Positions 39,458 to 49,165 of a DNA stretch of 64,000 nucleotides are shown here, piece after piece; the stretch's first letter is position 1; the number at the start of each line of letters is the position of its first letter. The position numbers and the translations under genes are program-made. The notes below the pieces were generated by a model, which was not told where the DNA came from, did no database searches, and saw only the letters and a program-made list of their open reading frames with translations. Where the stretch lies: the NCBI GenBank assembly GCA_031430855.1, contig JANPCG010000004.1:10845-74844 (forward strand), in the 5' to 3' direction. The stretch comes from Candidatus Kaiserbacteria bacterium. Its GTDB lineage: Bacteria; Patescibacteriota; Minisyncoccia; Phycocordibacterales; UBA918.

Positions 39458-39507
39458 AGTAAGGGGTCGAACCCCTTACTAATCTGAAGGGCCCGATCCT
39501 TCAGATT
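39458..39507. repeat. Two tandem 5-nt-loop mini-hairpins overlapping the HD gene 3' end
   Basis: AGTAAGGGG-TCGAA-CCCCTTACT and AATCTGAAGGG-CCCGA-TCCTTCAGATT. Confidence 0.65.
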
Positions 39508-40069
39508 TTTGTGGGGGGTTAGGGAGAGAACCAAGAAATTCAATGAGATTGGTGATATGTTCTTCAATCGTAACACCAAAACCCGCGACGGCGTTATGGA
39601 TATGTTCGCGGCTAATACCGGGGGCAAACCTGGGTTCGTCGAGTCGTTTTTTGATTGATGAGACTTTCATATCACCGAACGGAATTGGATTTAGTTTTTG
39701 GTACGCGTAAAAAATACCACAGATTTCATCGCACGCCACGAGGGCCCAGTCGAGTTTACTTTCTGGTTTAATGGTATATCCATTAAACCCATCGGCGTGG
39801 GCCAAGACCGCTTGGATTAATTCTGGAGGAAACTGGAGGTCTTTAAGCCAGTTGAGTGATGGGCCAGGATGCTCAGTTGGATGTTCGTCATAATCAATGT
39901 CGTGTAAATATCCCGTGAGCCACCAGAGGTGAGCGTCTTCACCTAATTTCAGAGCGTAGCCTTCGACCGCTCGACCAACCATTTCGGCATGGAATTGTTG
40001 ATAGGTGTCGCGAACGTGAGAGGTGAGTAATGCTTGGGCTTCATCTTTGGTGGGTAGGGGAGTATTCAT
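39479..40069 (-). CDS. HD-superfamily hydrolase
   Basis: H...V, GYLHDIDY, H, ACDE, V.S.KK.L...FA.G..RE. Confidence 0.88.
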   Translation of the reverse strand: MNTPLPTKDEAQALLTSHVRDTYQQFHAEMVGRAVEGYALKLGEDAHLWWLTGYLHDIDYDEHPTEHPGPSLNWLKDLQFPPELIQAVLAHADGFNGYTIKPESKLDWALVACDEICGIFYAYQKLNPIPFGDMKVSSIKKRLDEPRFAPGISREHIHNAVAGFGVTIEEHITNLIEFLGSLPNPPQKSEGSGPSD

Positions 40070-40172
40070 AATTTTTAGTATACCAAATCACCAAAATTAC
40101 ACTATATAAAAACGGACCAAAGTCACCCAAAAGGGGGAATGGTCCGCTGCCCGAGCTTAACGGGTTGCTTGG

Positions 40173-40688
40173 TTATTCTATGGGCTTCAGAACTTCGTAG
40201 GTCAGCCCCTTGAGGAGACCAATTTCTTCGGCAGAACGTCCGCCGCCAAGGGCTTCAAGAAGCCCTCTCGACAAATCGGGACGTTTGGTAACGTGTTCTC
40301 CGCCTCTGTCTTGCACCACTGCCAACCGGCTAATACCTGTGTTGGGATTGCTAATGCGCAAGATCGTTCCCTTGGGTAGGGAGTTAAAGGCGACAACGGT
40401 CACGTCACACTCGTGATAGAGCGTGCCTGAAGCCATGGGATTCCGGTTATGATACCGGCTGGCGTAGTAACTGCCGTCAGCCTTGAACGTTTTGACCGTT
40501 TCAAAACTTTTGGCTTCGAGATACGGATGACTGTCAAAGAGCACTTGGCACTGGGTGCCTTTTTTGTGCTGACTGAAGTCACGCTCGTATCCATGCCCCG
40601 GTTGAGGCTTCGCCACCGCACTACTGGCCGCCAGTGCAAGACTGACGGCAACGAGGGTAGTGACGAACTTACTTCGGATATTGAGCAT
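40173..40688 (-). CDS. Secreted RlpA-like (double-psi beta-barrel) lytic transglycosylase-family protein
   Basis: Signal peptide, GSYY, MASG, LPKGT.L.I.NP..G...AVV.DRG, DLS; SD AAGGAG before ATG 40688. Confidence 0.8.
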   Translation of the reverse strand: MLNIRSKFVTTLVAVSLALAASSAVAKPQPGHGYERDFSQHKKGTQCQVLFDSHPYLEAKSFETVKTFKADGSYYASRYHNRNPMASGTLYHECDVTVVAFNSLPKGTILRISNPNTGISRLAVVQDRGGEHVTKRPDLSRGLLEALGGGRSAEEIGLLKGLTYEVLKPIE

Positions 40689-40846
40689 TCCTATGCTCCT
40701 TCTATTGTTGCGGGTGCTTCTTTGGTCTTTTCTACACTCCTTCCGAACACTAAGACGCACGAACAGGAAAAGTCTTACAGAATCAGGGAGTGGAATAATA
40801 TGGCTTTAAATATGGCTTTTATCTCTATGTGGTACACTTACCCTAT

Positions 40847-41596
40847 ATGCGACTGCTGATATTTTTAGTAATTATTATCATATTTGCCCTTGTAATCTGG
40901 CTCACTGGTGCCTTGAGGCTGGGAAAAACCCTCTATCTGATCCTCCGAATTACCCCCTATGAACAAACGGTAACTGGGTCGCCAGCAATCCTCATTGTGG
41001 GAGATAGTACTGGGTATGGTACCGGAGCAGAAGTGGGTAAAGATAGTATTGCGGGTTTGATAGGGTCTGATTACTCGGCATACTCAGTCGTCAACCGAAG
41101 TAAAAACGGACGGACGATTGGGGAAGCGGTGGAAGAAATGAAAAAACTACCATCAGACGAACGATACGAACTAATAGTGTTACAAATGGGAAGTAACGAT
41201 ATTTTGCAGAAACGACCGCTCGATGTTGTAAGGAGCGATCTCTCATTACTATTCGCAATAGCGCTCGAGCATAGTGATCACGTGGTAATGATCACATGTG
41301 GAAACGTGGGTACCGCTTCGAGGTTTGCGGGTACGAAACGAGCGCTTGAGTACGAGCAGCTGACTCGTCTATATCGAGAAATGGTAATCCCTCTCGCGGC
41401 AGAATCCGGTGTGCGATACGTTGATTTATTTGAAGAGCCGGGGGTTGATATGTTTTTGCGTGAACCAAAAAAATATCTCTCTATCGACGGCCTGCACCCA
41501 AGTAGTGCCGGGTATGCCTATTGGTACGAGCGCTTGCAGCCAGCCCTCGTCAGTATGCTTCCGCGTACTCCTACCACCACGCCATCCAACCCTTGA
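40847..41596 (+). CDS. SGNH/GDSL hydrolase with N-terminal TM
   Basis: GDSTGYG, G.ND, DGLHP. Confidence 0.9.
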   Translation: MRLLIFLVIIIIFALVIWLTGALRLGKTLYLILRITPYEQTVTGSPAILIVGDSTGYGTGAEVGKDSIAGLIGSDYSAYSVVNRSKNGRTIGEAVEEMKKLPSDERYELIVLQMGSNDILQKRPLDVVRSDLSLLFAIALEHSDHVVMITCGNVGTASRFAGTKRALEYEQLTRLYREMVIPLAAESGVRYVDLFEEPGVDMFLREPKKYLSIDGLHPSSAGYAYWYERLQPALVSMLPRTPTTTPSNP

Positions 41597-42251
41597 GCGC
41601 CTGAATAATTCCTTGCGATTCTGTTTTGGCGAGATCAGCTACTTCACACGTGAGTCCACAGCTTTCAGTCGGTGGTACGCCTTTTTCGGGACAGGTGCCC
41701 GAATACATACAGGCCATTTCTGTAATTTCTCCGACGTATTTTTGAATATTAGAGTCAGCAGGGTCTCCGTAGTAGAGTAAAATCCGGTCTTCTTCGTTAA
41801 TTATATAGTCGGTAATATTGGTAACGCGTTCGCCATTCACTATTAAAAGTAGGGAATTAGTGCCCTTAGAGCAGTGTTGTGTGCCGGTATCTTCAGTAAA
41901 GCAGTCGTTTGTCAGCTTCATTCCAATTGAATCAAAAAAATCAGTGAGGGTTACGCCATCAGCATGGCGATGAATAACTTCATCGTTACCATCGTGGAAA
42001 TGAAGTGATGCGTGATGGGTAAGTTCAGGATTAGACTGATAACGCGGATCGGTAAAGCGTAGTCGGATGTCCCCAACATAAACGCGAACGTCAGAATGAA
42101 CATGTACTTCGGTGTCGGTACTTGTTGCTATGGGATGAGTAGTACTGCTCCTTAAAGTGCCAAGGGCATAGGCGCCGAGCAGTAATGTAAAAAGTCCAGC
42201 CAAAAGAGCCTTAACGTTAGTCTGGCGTAATGATGATGTTATTTTATTCAT
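41571..42251 (-). CDS. Exported His/Cys-rich hypothetical protein (possible metal binding)
   Basis: N-terminal TM; HVHSD, LHFHDG...IHRH, C..S..CP...P.E.C. Confidence 0.75.
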   Translation of the reverse strand: MNKITSSLRQTNVKALLAGLFTLLLGAYALGTLRSSTTHPIATSTDTEVHVHSDVRVYVGDIRLRFTDPRYQSNPELTHHASLHFHDGNDEVIHRHADGVTLTDFFDSIGMKLTNDCFTEDTGTQHCSKGTNSLLLIVNGERVTNITDYIINEEDRILLYYGDPADSNIQKYVGEITEMACMYSGTCPEKGVPPTESCGLTCEVADLAKTESQGIIQALKGWMAWW

Positions 42252-42288
42252 GATACCTACATAGTAATCCTAATTGGAGTTGCGTCAA

Positions 42289-43164
42289 TTAAAAATTGGT
42301 ATCCCGATACAGGGTATTCTCAACTAACGTAAACGTGGCCACTCCGAGCTGTTCAGTGCTGGCAATTGCTTCAAATTGGTCGGGAGGCATAATTAACGCT
42401 ACGGTTGCAAAAGCGTCGGCATCCCGTGCCGTGGGTGCTTTTATAAATGTCGCATCAGCTATTAATAGATTATCGCTCTCAGTAATAATATGAGAATAAA
42501 CTTTTCCGTCTGTTTTCCAGGTTCGTTTATGTGGACTACTGGCCGCAAATCCCTGATTACGTATGGTGGTGGTTTCTATATAAGTAGTTGGTTCAGTTGG
42601 ATGTTCCAGGTAGATGGTTATCGGTTGATCATTTTCACTCGTTGCAAACATGTCACCTCCACCATTAATGAGGAAGTAGGAGAGCTGGTGTTGGTTTTGT
42701 AGATATTCAGCCAGGAGATCAATGACGTAGCCTTTACCAAATCCGCCAATATCAACCTGTCCTGTATGTAGGGTAATCTGTTCCGGTCTAATCGTTAGCG
42801 AATTATGGGGCGAGGGAAGGGGAGTCGTAAACGCCTTGCCAACAAAAGAGTAGGTACTATCGTAGCCGTGCGCACTCAGTTTTTCACCAATCATCACGTT
42901 AAATTTACCCTGCGTACGGTCAAATAACGTAATCCCATAGGTGAGGAGATTAATAAATTCAGTCGGAGGATTAATGAGAACTCCCGTCAGATTAAGCTGA
43001 CTTATGAGTGAATCGGGTCGAAATCGTGAGTACCGTTGTTCAAATTCCGACAGCAAAAACTCACAGCCATTTACTGTGGCGGCGCGCTTCACATCAGAAA
43101 TGTCATCAAATATTTCAATCCACCACCGGGTCCCCAGAGCATCGATGGTAAACGGAAGAGACAT
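42289..43164 (-). CDS. apbE: FAD:protein FMN transferase
   Basis: SRF..DS.IS.LN, DIGGFGKGY.ID, INGGGD, SHII, ADAFAT. Confidence 0.92.
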   Translation of the reverse strand: MSLPFTIDALGTRWWIEIFDDISDVKRAATVNGCEFLLSEFEQRYSRFRPDSLISQLNLTGVLINPPTEFINLLTYGITLFDRTQGKFNVMIGEKLSAHGYDSTYSFVGKAFTTPLPSPHNSLTIRPEQITLHTGQVDIGGFGKGYVIDLLAEYLQNQHQLSYFLINGGGDMFATSENDQPITIYLEHPTEPTTYIETTTIRNQGFAASSPHKRTWKTDGKVYSHIITESDNLLIADATFIKAPTARDADAFATVALIMPPDQFEAIASTEQLGVATFTLVENTLYRDTNF

Positions 43165-43168
43165 TCGT

Positions 43169-43759
43169 TTAGAGGCGGGCGTCAGCTGCTACTTCGACCA
43201 AAGCCTTATTGAATGCTCCGGTAGTGAGTGAAGCGCCTCCCACTCGAGAGAGTGAAATACTTTCAAGGCTCTTTCCCAACACTTGTGCTTTGTAGGCATC
43301 ACTAAATTTCTTTTGGTAGTTGGTCGAGGTGTCAGCAGTCTCACCACTATAGGTTACGTTACTTGCGGTTACGATGTCGTTTGCGAGAGTGAGCGAAACA
43401 TTTATCTCGTGTGTTGTTCGACTCGGAGCGACGTAGGTGGTTGTGACATTGTAGGTGCCATTTTTGAATGTTGTGGCGGGTGCAACCGATGTTGTTACTG
43501 GCTTACTGACAGGCGGGGTGGAAGGAGTGGTTAGAGTCGTTTCCGGTTTTGTGGTGGGTGTAACTGGTGCCGTCGTTGTGGTTTCAGTTGTAACGACGGT
43601 ATTGGTTTCTACAGGGGTTGAAGTTGGAGTTTCAATCGCTGGGGCAGTGTCTTCTACTCGGGTGATTGGTGTAGTTGTGGCAGGTTTTGGGCCAGATAAA
43701 TAATACCCACCAAGACCGAGAGCGACCAAGATTCCTACAATGACAAGAACAAATGGCAT
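43169..43759 (-). CDS. Membrane-anchored FMN-binding domain protein with Thr/Pro-rich stalk
   Basis: FKNGTY, SRVGGASLTT flavinylation-type motif; next to apbE. Confidence 0.85.
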   Translation of the reverse strand: MPFVLVIVGILVALGLGGYYLSGPKPATTTPITRVEDTAPAIETPTSTPVETNTVVTTETTTTAPVTPTTKPETTLTTPSTPPVSKPVTTSVAPATTFKNGTYNVTTTYVAPSRTTHEINVSLTLANDIVTASNVTYSGETADTSTNYQKKFSDAYKAQVLGKSLESISLSRVGGASLTTGAFNKALVEVAADARL

Positions 43760-43851
43760 ACAATACAAAAAATTATATTAGTTAACGTGCATAGTATATC
43801 GTATTGCGATAGTGGTGCCAAACGAAGTGTGTTTTCTGATATACTTTTACT

Positions 43852-45363
43852 ATGAAAATACTTACGTACCCAGTACCGGTAATTGAATCCTGGATTGATC
43901 GTACTAATATGTATCTCATCGTGCTCTATGGCCTTGGTGGCATGTTTTTGTATGCGTTTGTGCTCTCGCTGGTCGGTAGTCTTTCCGTCACTCCAGGACC
44001 ATTAATTGCTTCAGTTCTGGTACTTATGTTGAGTGCTGGAATTACCAGCGTCGTGAGTGGAAAAATTGCCGGCGTCACCGCCCATCATCCATCATCAGTT
44101 ATTACGGCACTGATCCTGTTTTTTTTAATGAGCCCTGCCACCACGACCAATGAATATTTGGTACTGGCTGCTGTTGCGGCGCTCGCAGTGATCTCAAAAT
44201 ATGTTTTTAGCTATCGCCGACAACATATTTTTAATGCCGCAGGGCTCGCTGTTTGGTTGATGGCACTTCTTGGCTATGGTGCAGCGTCCTGGTGGGTAGG
44301 TACTCCCTTGTTATTTGTTCCCCTGCTTGTAGCTGGAGTCATGGTAGTAACTAAAGTACGAGCCTGGCCACTCGTACTGTCTTTTCTCGGTGTTGGATTT
44401 ACTACTTTCCTGTTTGAAGAGTGGCGTTTTGGGAATGATTTCACCGCAACGTGGTCGATTTATTTTCTCGCGTACCCAACGCTGTTTCTGGGTTTTTTTA
44501 TGCTTACTGAACCGTTTACACTGCCACCGACGCGGTCGCTAAAGATGGGATACGGTGCCCTCGTTGGATTTCTGTCGAGTACCGCTCTCTTTGTCCCGTT
44601 TCTTACAATGACTCCCGAGCTTGCACTTTTGCTCGGTAACCTCGTTGCCTATCCCTATACGTTACGGCGCAAGCTGTATCTCTCGTTTATTTCAAAACGT
44701 GAGATTGGGCCACTTCTGTATGAGTATACGTTTGAAAAACCAGCCGGGTTTACTTTTAAGTCGGGTCAATACCTAGAGTGGATGCTCCCTCATGCTAAGG
44801 TGGACGGTCGCGGAATTCGTCGTTACTTTACTATTCTCTCGTCAGCAACCGAACCAGTGGTCAGGCTGGCATGCAAAGTACCTGCCCTGGGGAGTAGTTA
44901 CAAGCGGGCGCTCGAGGAGTTAAATAAAGGAGACAGCATCATTGCGAGTCAGTTGGCAGGTGATTTTTTACTGCCACAAGACCCACATAAAAAAATTGCT
45001 TGGGTGGCGGGAGGGATTGGTGTTACTCCGTTTGTGAGTCAATCAAATTGGCTCCAAGCAACCAATATAAAATGTAATATTATTTTATTGTATGCGGCTT
45101 ATACTACTGAAGAACTGGTCTACCAGGATGTTCTCGAAAAATCAGCCACTCTCATTCCTGTGCTCGCTCAGGGAGTAGTTCCCGGTTCTGAATCAGGGTA
45201 TATCACGGCAGACATAATCGCTCGGCGGACACCTGATTTTAAAGAACGTACGTGGTACATTTCCGGTCCTCCCGGTATGGTGTCGGCTACCGCTATAGCG
45301 CTTCGTTCGCTCGGTGTGTCGAAGCGACGGATTGTTAAAGATTTCTTCCCCGGTTTGGCCTAA
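43852..45363 (+). CDS. NqrB/RnfD-like membrane domain fused to ferredoxin-reductase-type FAD/NAD-binding domain
   Basis: HIFN, FMLTEP.T.P; F..GQY, RYFT..S, AGGIGVTPF, YISGPPGM. Confidence 0.88.
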   Translation: MKILTYPVPVIESWIDRTNMYLIVLYGLGGMFLYAFVLSLVGSLSVTPGPLIASVLVLMLSAGITSVVSGKIAGVTAHHPSSVITALILFFLMSPATTTNEYLVLAAVAALAVISKYVFSYRRQHIFNAAGLAVWLMALLGYGAASWWVGTPLLFVPLLVAGVMVVTKVRAWPLVLSFLGVGFTTFLFEEWRFGNDFTATWSIYFLAYPTLFLGFFMLTEPFTLPPTRSLKMGYGALVGFLSSTALFVPFLTMTPELALLLGNLVAYPYTLRRKLYLSFISKREIGPLLYEYTFEKPAGFTFKSGQYLEWMLPHAKVDGRGIRRYFTILSSATEPVVRLACKVPALGSSYKRALEELNKGDSIIASQLAGDFLLPQDPHKKIAWVAGGIGVTPFVSQSNWLQATNIKCNIILLYAAYTTEELVYQDVLEKSATLIPVLAQGVVPGSESGYITADIIARRTPDFKERTWYISGPPGMVSATAIALRSLGVSKRRIVKDFFPGLA

Positions 45364-45420
45364 GCGAGTACGAAGTTGATGACTGCGCGATGTATACTTG
45401 AACGAGGATTGTATCATTGT

Positions 45421-46758
45421 ATGAAATTTTCACTCACTAACTCAATCGCCATTGAAACGAGCGTTATAACTACGCAGGGACTTTCTTTGGCGGGATACAT
45501 TACTCAGCTACGCACAGTGGCTGACACCGGTAGTTATGGCGCACTGGAGTCGTCAATTAATTTACCCGCTGATGATGATTTATTAGATCAGGTAGAAAAA
45601 TTAGCGGTATCGTTTATTACTCCTGACTTACGATTTGTATTTGTGATTGGAATCGGAGGTTCAAACTTAGGTACCAAAGCAATCTATGATGCGCTGTATG
45701 GTGCTCGTGATGTTACAGAGCACAGTAAACCCAAATTAATTTTTGTTGATACCAATGACGCTGCCCTCCTCACTGCCTATCGAGACTTGATTTGGTCGTG
45801 CACTCATGCGACGGAGTGTCTCCTTATTAGCGTCAGTAAATCAGGTGGTACCACCGAGACGTTGGCAAACACCGAAATCTTGCTGGGAGTATTCCGGGAG
45901 AAATGGAAAACTGATACTGACCGCCTCGTGGTGATTGCAGATGCAGAATCTCCCTATGGAGTAGCTGCTCGCGCGAAGGGAATCGCGACACTCACGATGC
46001 CAACTATTGTAGGTGGCCGCTTCTCAGTTCTTTCGGCAGTCGGATTATTCCCACTCGCGATAATGGGGCTTCCTATCAAAGAGTTGCATGCTGGTGCTGC
46101 TGAGCTCAGATTAAAATGTATCCATCCTGATATTGCTCATAATCCTGCAGCACAATCCGCTTTAGTATTGGCCGCTTGTTATGAAAAGGGAATGGTTATT
46201 CATGATACGTTTGTGTTTCAGAGTGGATTAGAGTCACTTGGTTTTTGGTATCGACAATTGTTGGGTGAAAGTATTGGTAAAGAACAGAAAACGGGAGAGC
46301 TGGTTGGGATTACTCCGACGGTATCAGTTGGTTCAACGGATCTTCATTCTGTTGGTCAGTTGTATCTCGGTGGTCCTCGTGACAAAATCACTTCGTTTGT
46401 GTTTGGAACGTTTGATCATCAGATGCCCAAAGTGCCACAAGAACGGCGCGTTTTTCCCGAGCTCGTGCCTATGATTGCGGGAAAATCAACCGACACGATT
46501 ATGAGCGCAATCTTGGCCGGTACTAAAGTGGCCTATAATAATCGAAAACTGCCGTTTATGGAGGTAGAATTAGAGGGAATTACTCTCCATGAGTTGGGTG
46601 CATTTATGCAATTCAAAATGATTGAAGTAATGTACCTTGGTCATCTTCTTAAGGTTAATCCCTTTGATCAACCGGCAGTAGAACTGTATAAAATAGAGAC
46701 AAAAAAGATTCTCGAGATACCGGAGCCCGTAGTGCTGACAGCTGGTGATGTTGCCTAA
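45421..46758 (+). CDS. pgi: Glucose-6-phosphate isomerase
   Basis: GIGGSNLG, SKSGGTTET, VGGRFSVLSAVG, QLLGESIGK, DLHS.GQ, PFDQPAVE.YK. Confidence 0.95.
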   Translation: MKFSLTNSIAIETSVITTQGLSLAGYITQLRTVADTGSYGALESSINLPADDDLLDQVEKLAVSFITPDLRFVFVIGIGGSNLGTKAIYDALYGARDVTEHSKPKLIFVDTNDAALLTAYRDLIWSCTHATECLLISVSKSGGTTETLANTEILLGVFREKWKTDTDRLVVIADAESPYGVAARAKGIATLTMPTIVGGRFSVLSAVGLFPLAIMGLPIKELHAGAAELRLKCIHPDIAHNPAAQSALVLAACYEKGMVIHDTFVFQSGLESLGFWYRQLLGESIGKEQKTGELVGITPTVSVGSTDLHSVGQLYLGGPRDKITSFVFGTFDHQMPKVPQERRVFPELVPMIAGKSTDTIMSAILAGTKVAYNNRKLPFMEVELEGITLHELGAFMQFKMIEVMYLGHLLKVNPFDQPAVELYKIETKKILEIPEPVVLTAGDVA

Positions 46759-46791
46759 GACGGCAGTGTATTTATGATACACTGACAATAT

Positions 46792-47037
46792 ATGAGAGAA
46801 TCACACCGCCGAAGTATTGCTAAAGGTATCACCTGGAGAATTGTAGCGTCCGTAACCACGATGGTGGTTGTTTTTGTTATTACTGGCGACTTGGCCTTAA
46901 TGGCAAGTGTGGGGTTTGTTGACGTGACCTTTAAAATCCTTTTTTACTACTTGCACGAACGGTTTTGGGGCAGGGTACACTGGGGACTCTTGGGGACAGA
47001 GCCAAATCTCAGTTCAGATTCTCCTACTAAGTCCTAG
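46792..47037 (+). CDS. DUF2061-family membrane protein
   Basis: ES..RS.AK.ITWR, YY.HER.W. Confidence 0.85.
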   Translation: MRESHRRSIAKGITWRIVASVTTMVVVFVITGDLALMASVGFVDVTFKILFYYLHERFWGRVHWGLLGTEPNLSSDSPTKS

Positions 47038-47125
47038 GTTTGTCACCAGGAATGCTTTGCACTCCGTAGTATCTCTGGTATGATGCGGGCGGCGCCTTGA
47101 ATGTGCCAAAAAAGCCTTGATTTAT

Positions 47126-47902
47126 ATGTTTGGAATTGCAACCGCATACGCTGCCGAAAGTGGAATTCACGTTAAACTCGCTCCCTATATTGTGGGCGAG
47201 TTCCTGGGCGTGCCAATTACGGCCACAATGCTCACTACGTGGCTTACTATGGTACTCTTGATTGGTGTAGCGATACTTGTTAAATCAAAACTTGCTGTCG
47301 TGCCAGGTAAACTACAAAGTTTATTTGAACTGATTATTGGTTACGTATACGATTATATGAGTGAGGTGCTTGAGAGTCGAACACTGGCTCGAAAATACTT
47401 TCCGATTGTCATGACGATATTCCTCTTCGTGTTGGCCCTTAACTGGGTGGGACTACTTCCGGGGGTAACATCAATTGGTCTGTATGAAGTGCATGACGGG
47501 ACAAAGCACTTCACACCGCTCTTGTACCCGGCTGCTACCGATCTTAATATCACGATTGCTTTTGCTATCATTGCGTTTTTCACTATTGAAATTGCTGGTG
47601 TACTGGCGATTGGGTTCTTTAAGTACACCGGCAAGTTCATTAACTTTAAATCTTTCGGCGGTTTTGCCTTAGGGTTGCTTGAACTAATTTCAGAACTAGC
47701 GCGGTTGGTATCGTTTTCATTCCGTTTGTTTGGAAACATCTTTGCGGGCAAGACCCTCTTGGTGGTAGTCATGTTTTTTGTGCCATTCATTATCCCGGTA
47801 CCACTCGTCGCGTTTGAAGTTTTTGTAGGATTTATCCAGGCATTTGTGTTTGCGATTCTGACCTTGTTTTTCATCAAACTGGCGGTGGAAGAACCACATT
47901 AA
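47126..47902 (+). CDS. atpB: F0 subunit a
   Basis: PGKLQ, NWVGLLPG, SFSFRLFGNIFAG, IQAFVF. Confidence 0.95.
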   Translation: MFGIATAYAAESGIHVKLAPYIVGEFLGVPITATMLTTWLTMVLLIGVAILVKSKLAVVPGKLQSLFELIIGYVYDYMSEVLESRTLARKYFPIVMTIFLFVLALNWVGLLPGVTSIGLYEVHDGTKHFTPLLYPAATDLNITIAFAIIAFFTIEIAGVLAIGFFKYTGKFINFKSFGGFALGLLELISELARLVSFSFRLFGNIFAGKTLLVVVMFFVPFIIPVPLVAFEVFVGFIQAFVFAILTLFFIKLAVEEPH

Positions 47903-47979
47903 GAAAGTTAGTAAATAATCACGAGTTCCATGGATTCATGTATCTCGTACTTGTTTGGTAACAGTAAATTAATAATTGT

Positions 47980-48100
47980 AGGACTTACAGAAACGAGTGC
48001 AATTCGAGGCGTCCAAGTAAAATATTACGAGACGTACATTAGTACGGTGAGAAATATTTTACGCCGGACAACAAAGAAGTGCTCCGTTTATGTAAGTGCT
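47980..48100 (-). repeat. Long-hairpin repeat copy 9 (before atpE, reversed orientation)
   Basis: Plus strand AGGCG..TAAAATATT..GAGACGTAC-ATTA-GTACGGTGA..AATATTTTA..CAACAA. Confidence 0.88.
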
Positions 48101-48110
48101 GCCTAAGTAA

Positions 48111-48377
<267 letters not shown>

Positions 48378-48380
<3 letters not shown>

Positions 48381-48497
48381 TTTCCGCGAAATTGGCGAAC
48401 TGCTGCGCTGCGGTAAAATTTTTACTCACCGTGTAAAAATACGGCTCGCAAAATTTTCCTTGCACGCCTTGCATTTCATCCAATTCAGCGAAAATTA
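48378..48497 (+). repeat. Long-hairpin repeat copy 10 (3' of atpE)
   Basis: TAATTT...TCACCGTGT-AAAA-ATACGGCTC...CGCCTTG...AAATTA; the atpE stop codon closes the stem. Confidence 0.88.
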
Positions 48498-48572
48498 CTC
48501 CTGCTCTGAGCTTGTTTAAAAATAATTTAAACTTAGAGCTAAAGTTGGGAACACGCTCTCATTATTAGTTAA

Positions 48573-48695
48573 GCTCATTGCAAGATTGTCTGAGATTCGC
48601 GAAGTACAAAAGAAATAATTTGAGACGTACTTTTCGTACGACGAAAATAATTTCTTGCAGTACGACAAAGAAGATTAGATGATATTGCAATGAGC
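48573..48695 (-). repeat. Long-hairpin repeat copy 11 (before atpF, reversed orientation)
   Basis: GCTCATTGCAA...GAGACGTAC-TTTTC-GTACGACGA...TTGCAATGAGC. Confidence 0.85.
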
Positions 48696-48709
48696 GCTCT
48701 CTCACTGCT

Positions 48710-49162
48710 ATGGAAGATATCGTAAAAGCTTTTGGTATCGACGGTCGTTTGATCTTCATTCAAATCGTAAACTTTGCCATTTTGATGGTGGCCCTGGTGT
48801 ACTTCTTGTACAACCCAATCTTGAACATGCTTAAAGCGCGTGAAGACAAGATTATAGAGGGGATTAAAGATGCCGAAGCCGCCGCCGTAGCAAAAGCTCA
48901 AGCTGACGCTGAGAAAAAAGTCATTTTGACTGACGCTCATACTGAAGCAGTGGCGGTAAATGCCCGTGCTAAATCAGCGGCGGATGCGACCGCGAGCGAC
49001 ATTGTGGCAAAGGCGCAAAGTGACGCTGCTGCAGTAATTGCGGAAGCGGCGGTGAAAGCCGAACAGTTAAAGGCACAGGCCGAACGCGATAGTGCTGCCG
49101 AGATTGCCAAAACTGCCATTCTGGCAGCTGAGAAAATCCTGACCCAAAAGAACGCATCATAA
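48710..49162 (+). CDS. atpF: F0 subunit b
   Basis: QIVNF.IL...L...Y.PI...L..R...I; coiled coil; operon position. Confidence 0.93.
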   Translation: MEDIVKAFGIDGRLIFIQIVNFAILMVALVYFLYNPILNMLKAREDKIIEGIKDAEAAAVAKAQADAEKKVILTDAHTEAVAVNARAKSAADATASDIVAKAQSDAAAVIAEAAVKAEQLKAQAERDSAAEIAKTAILAAEKILTQKNAS

Positions 49163-49165
49163 TTT

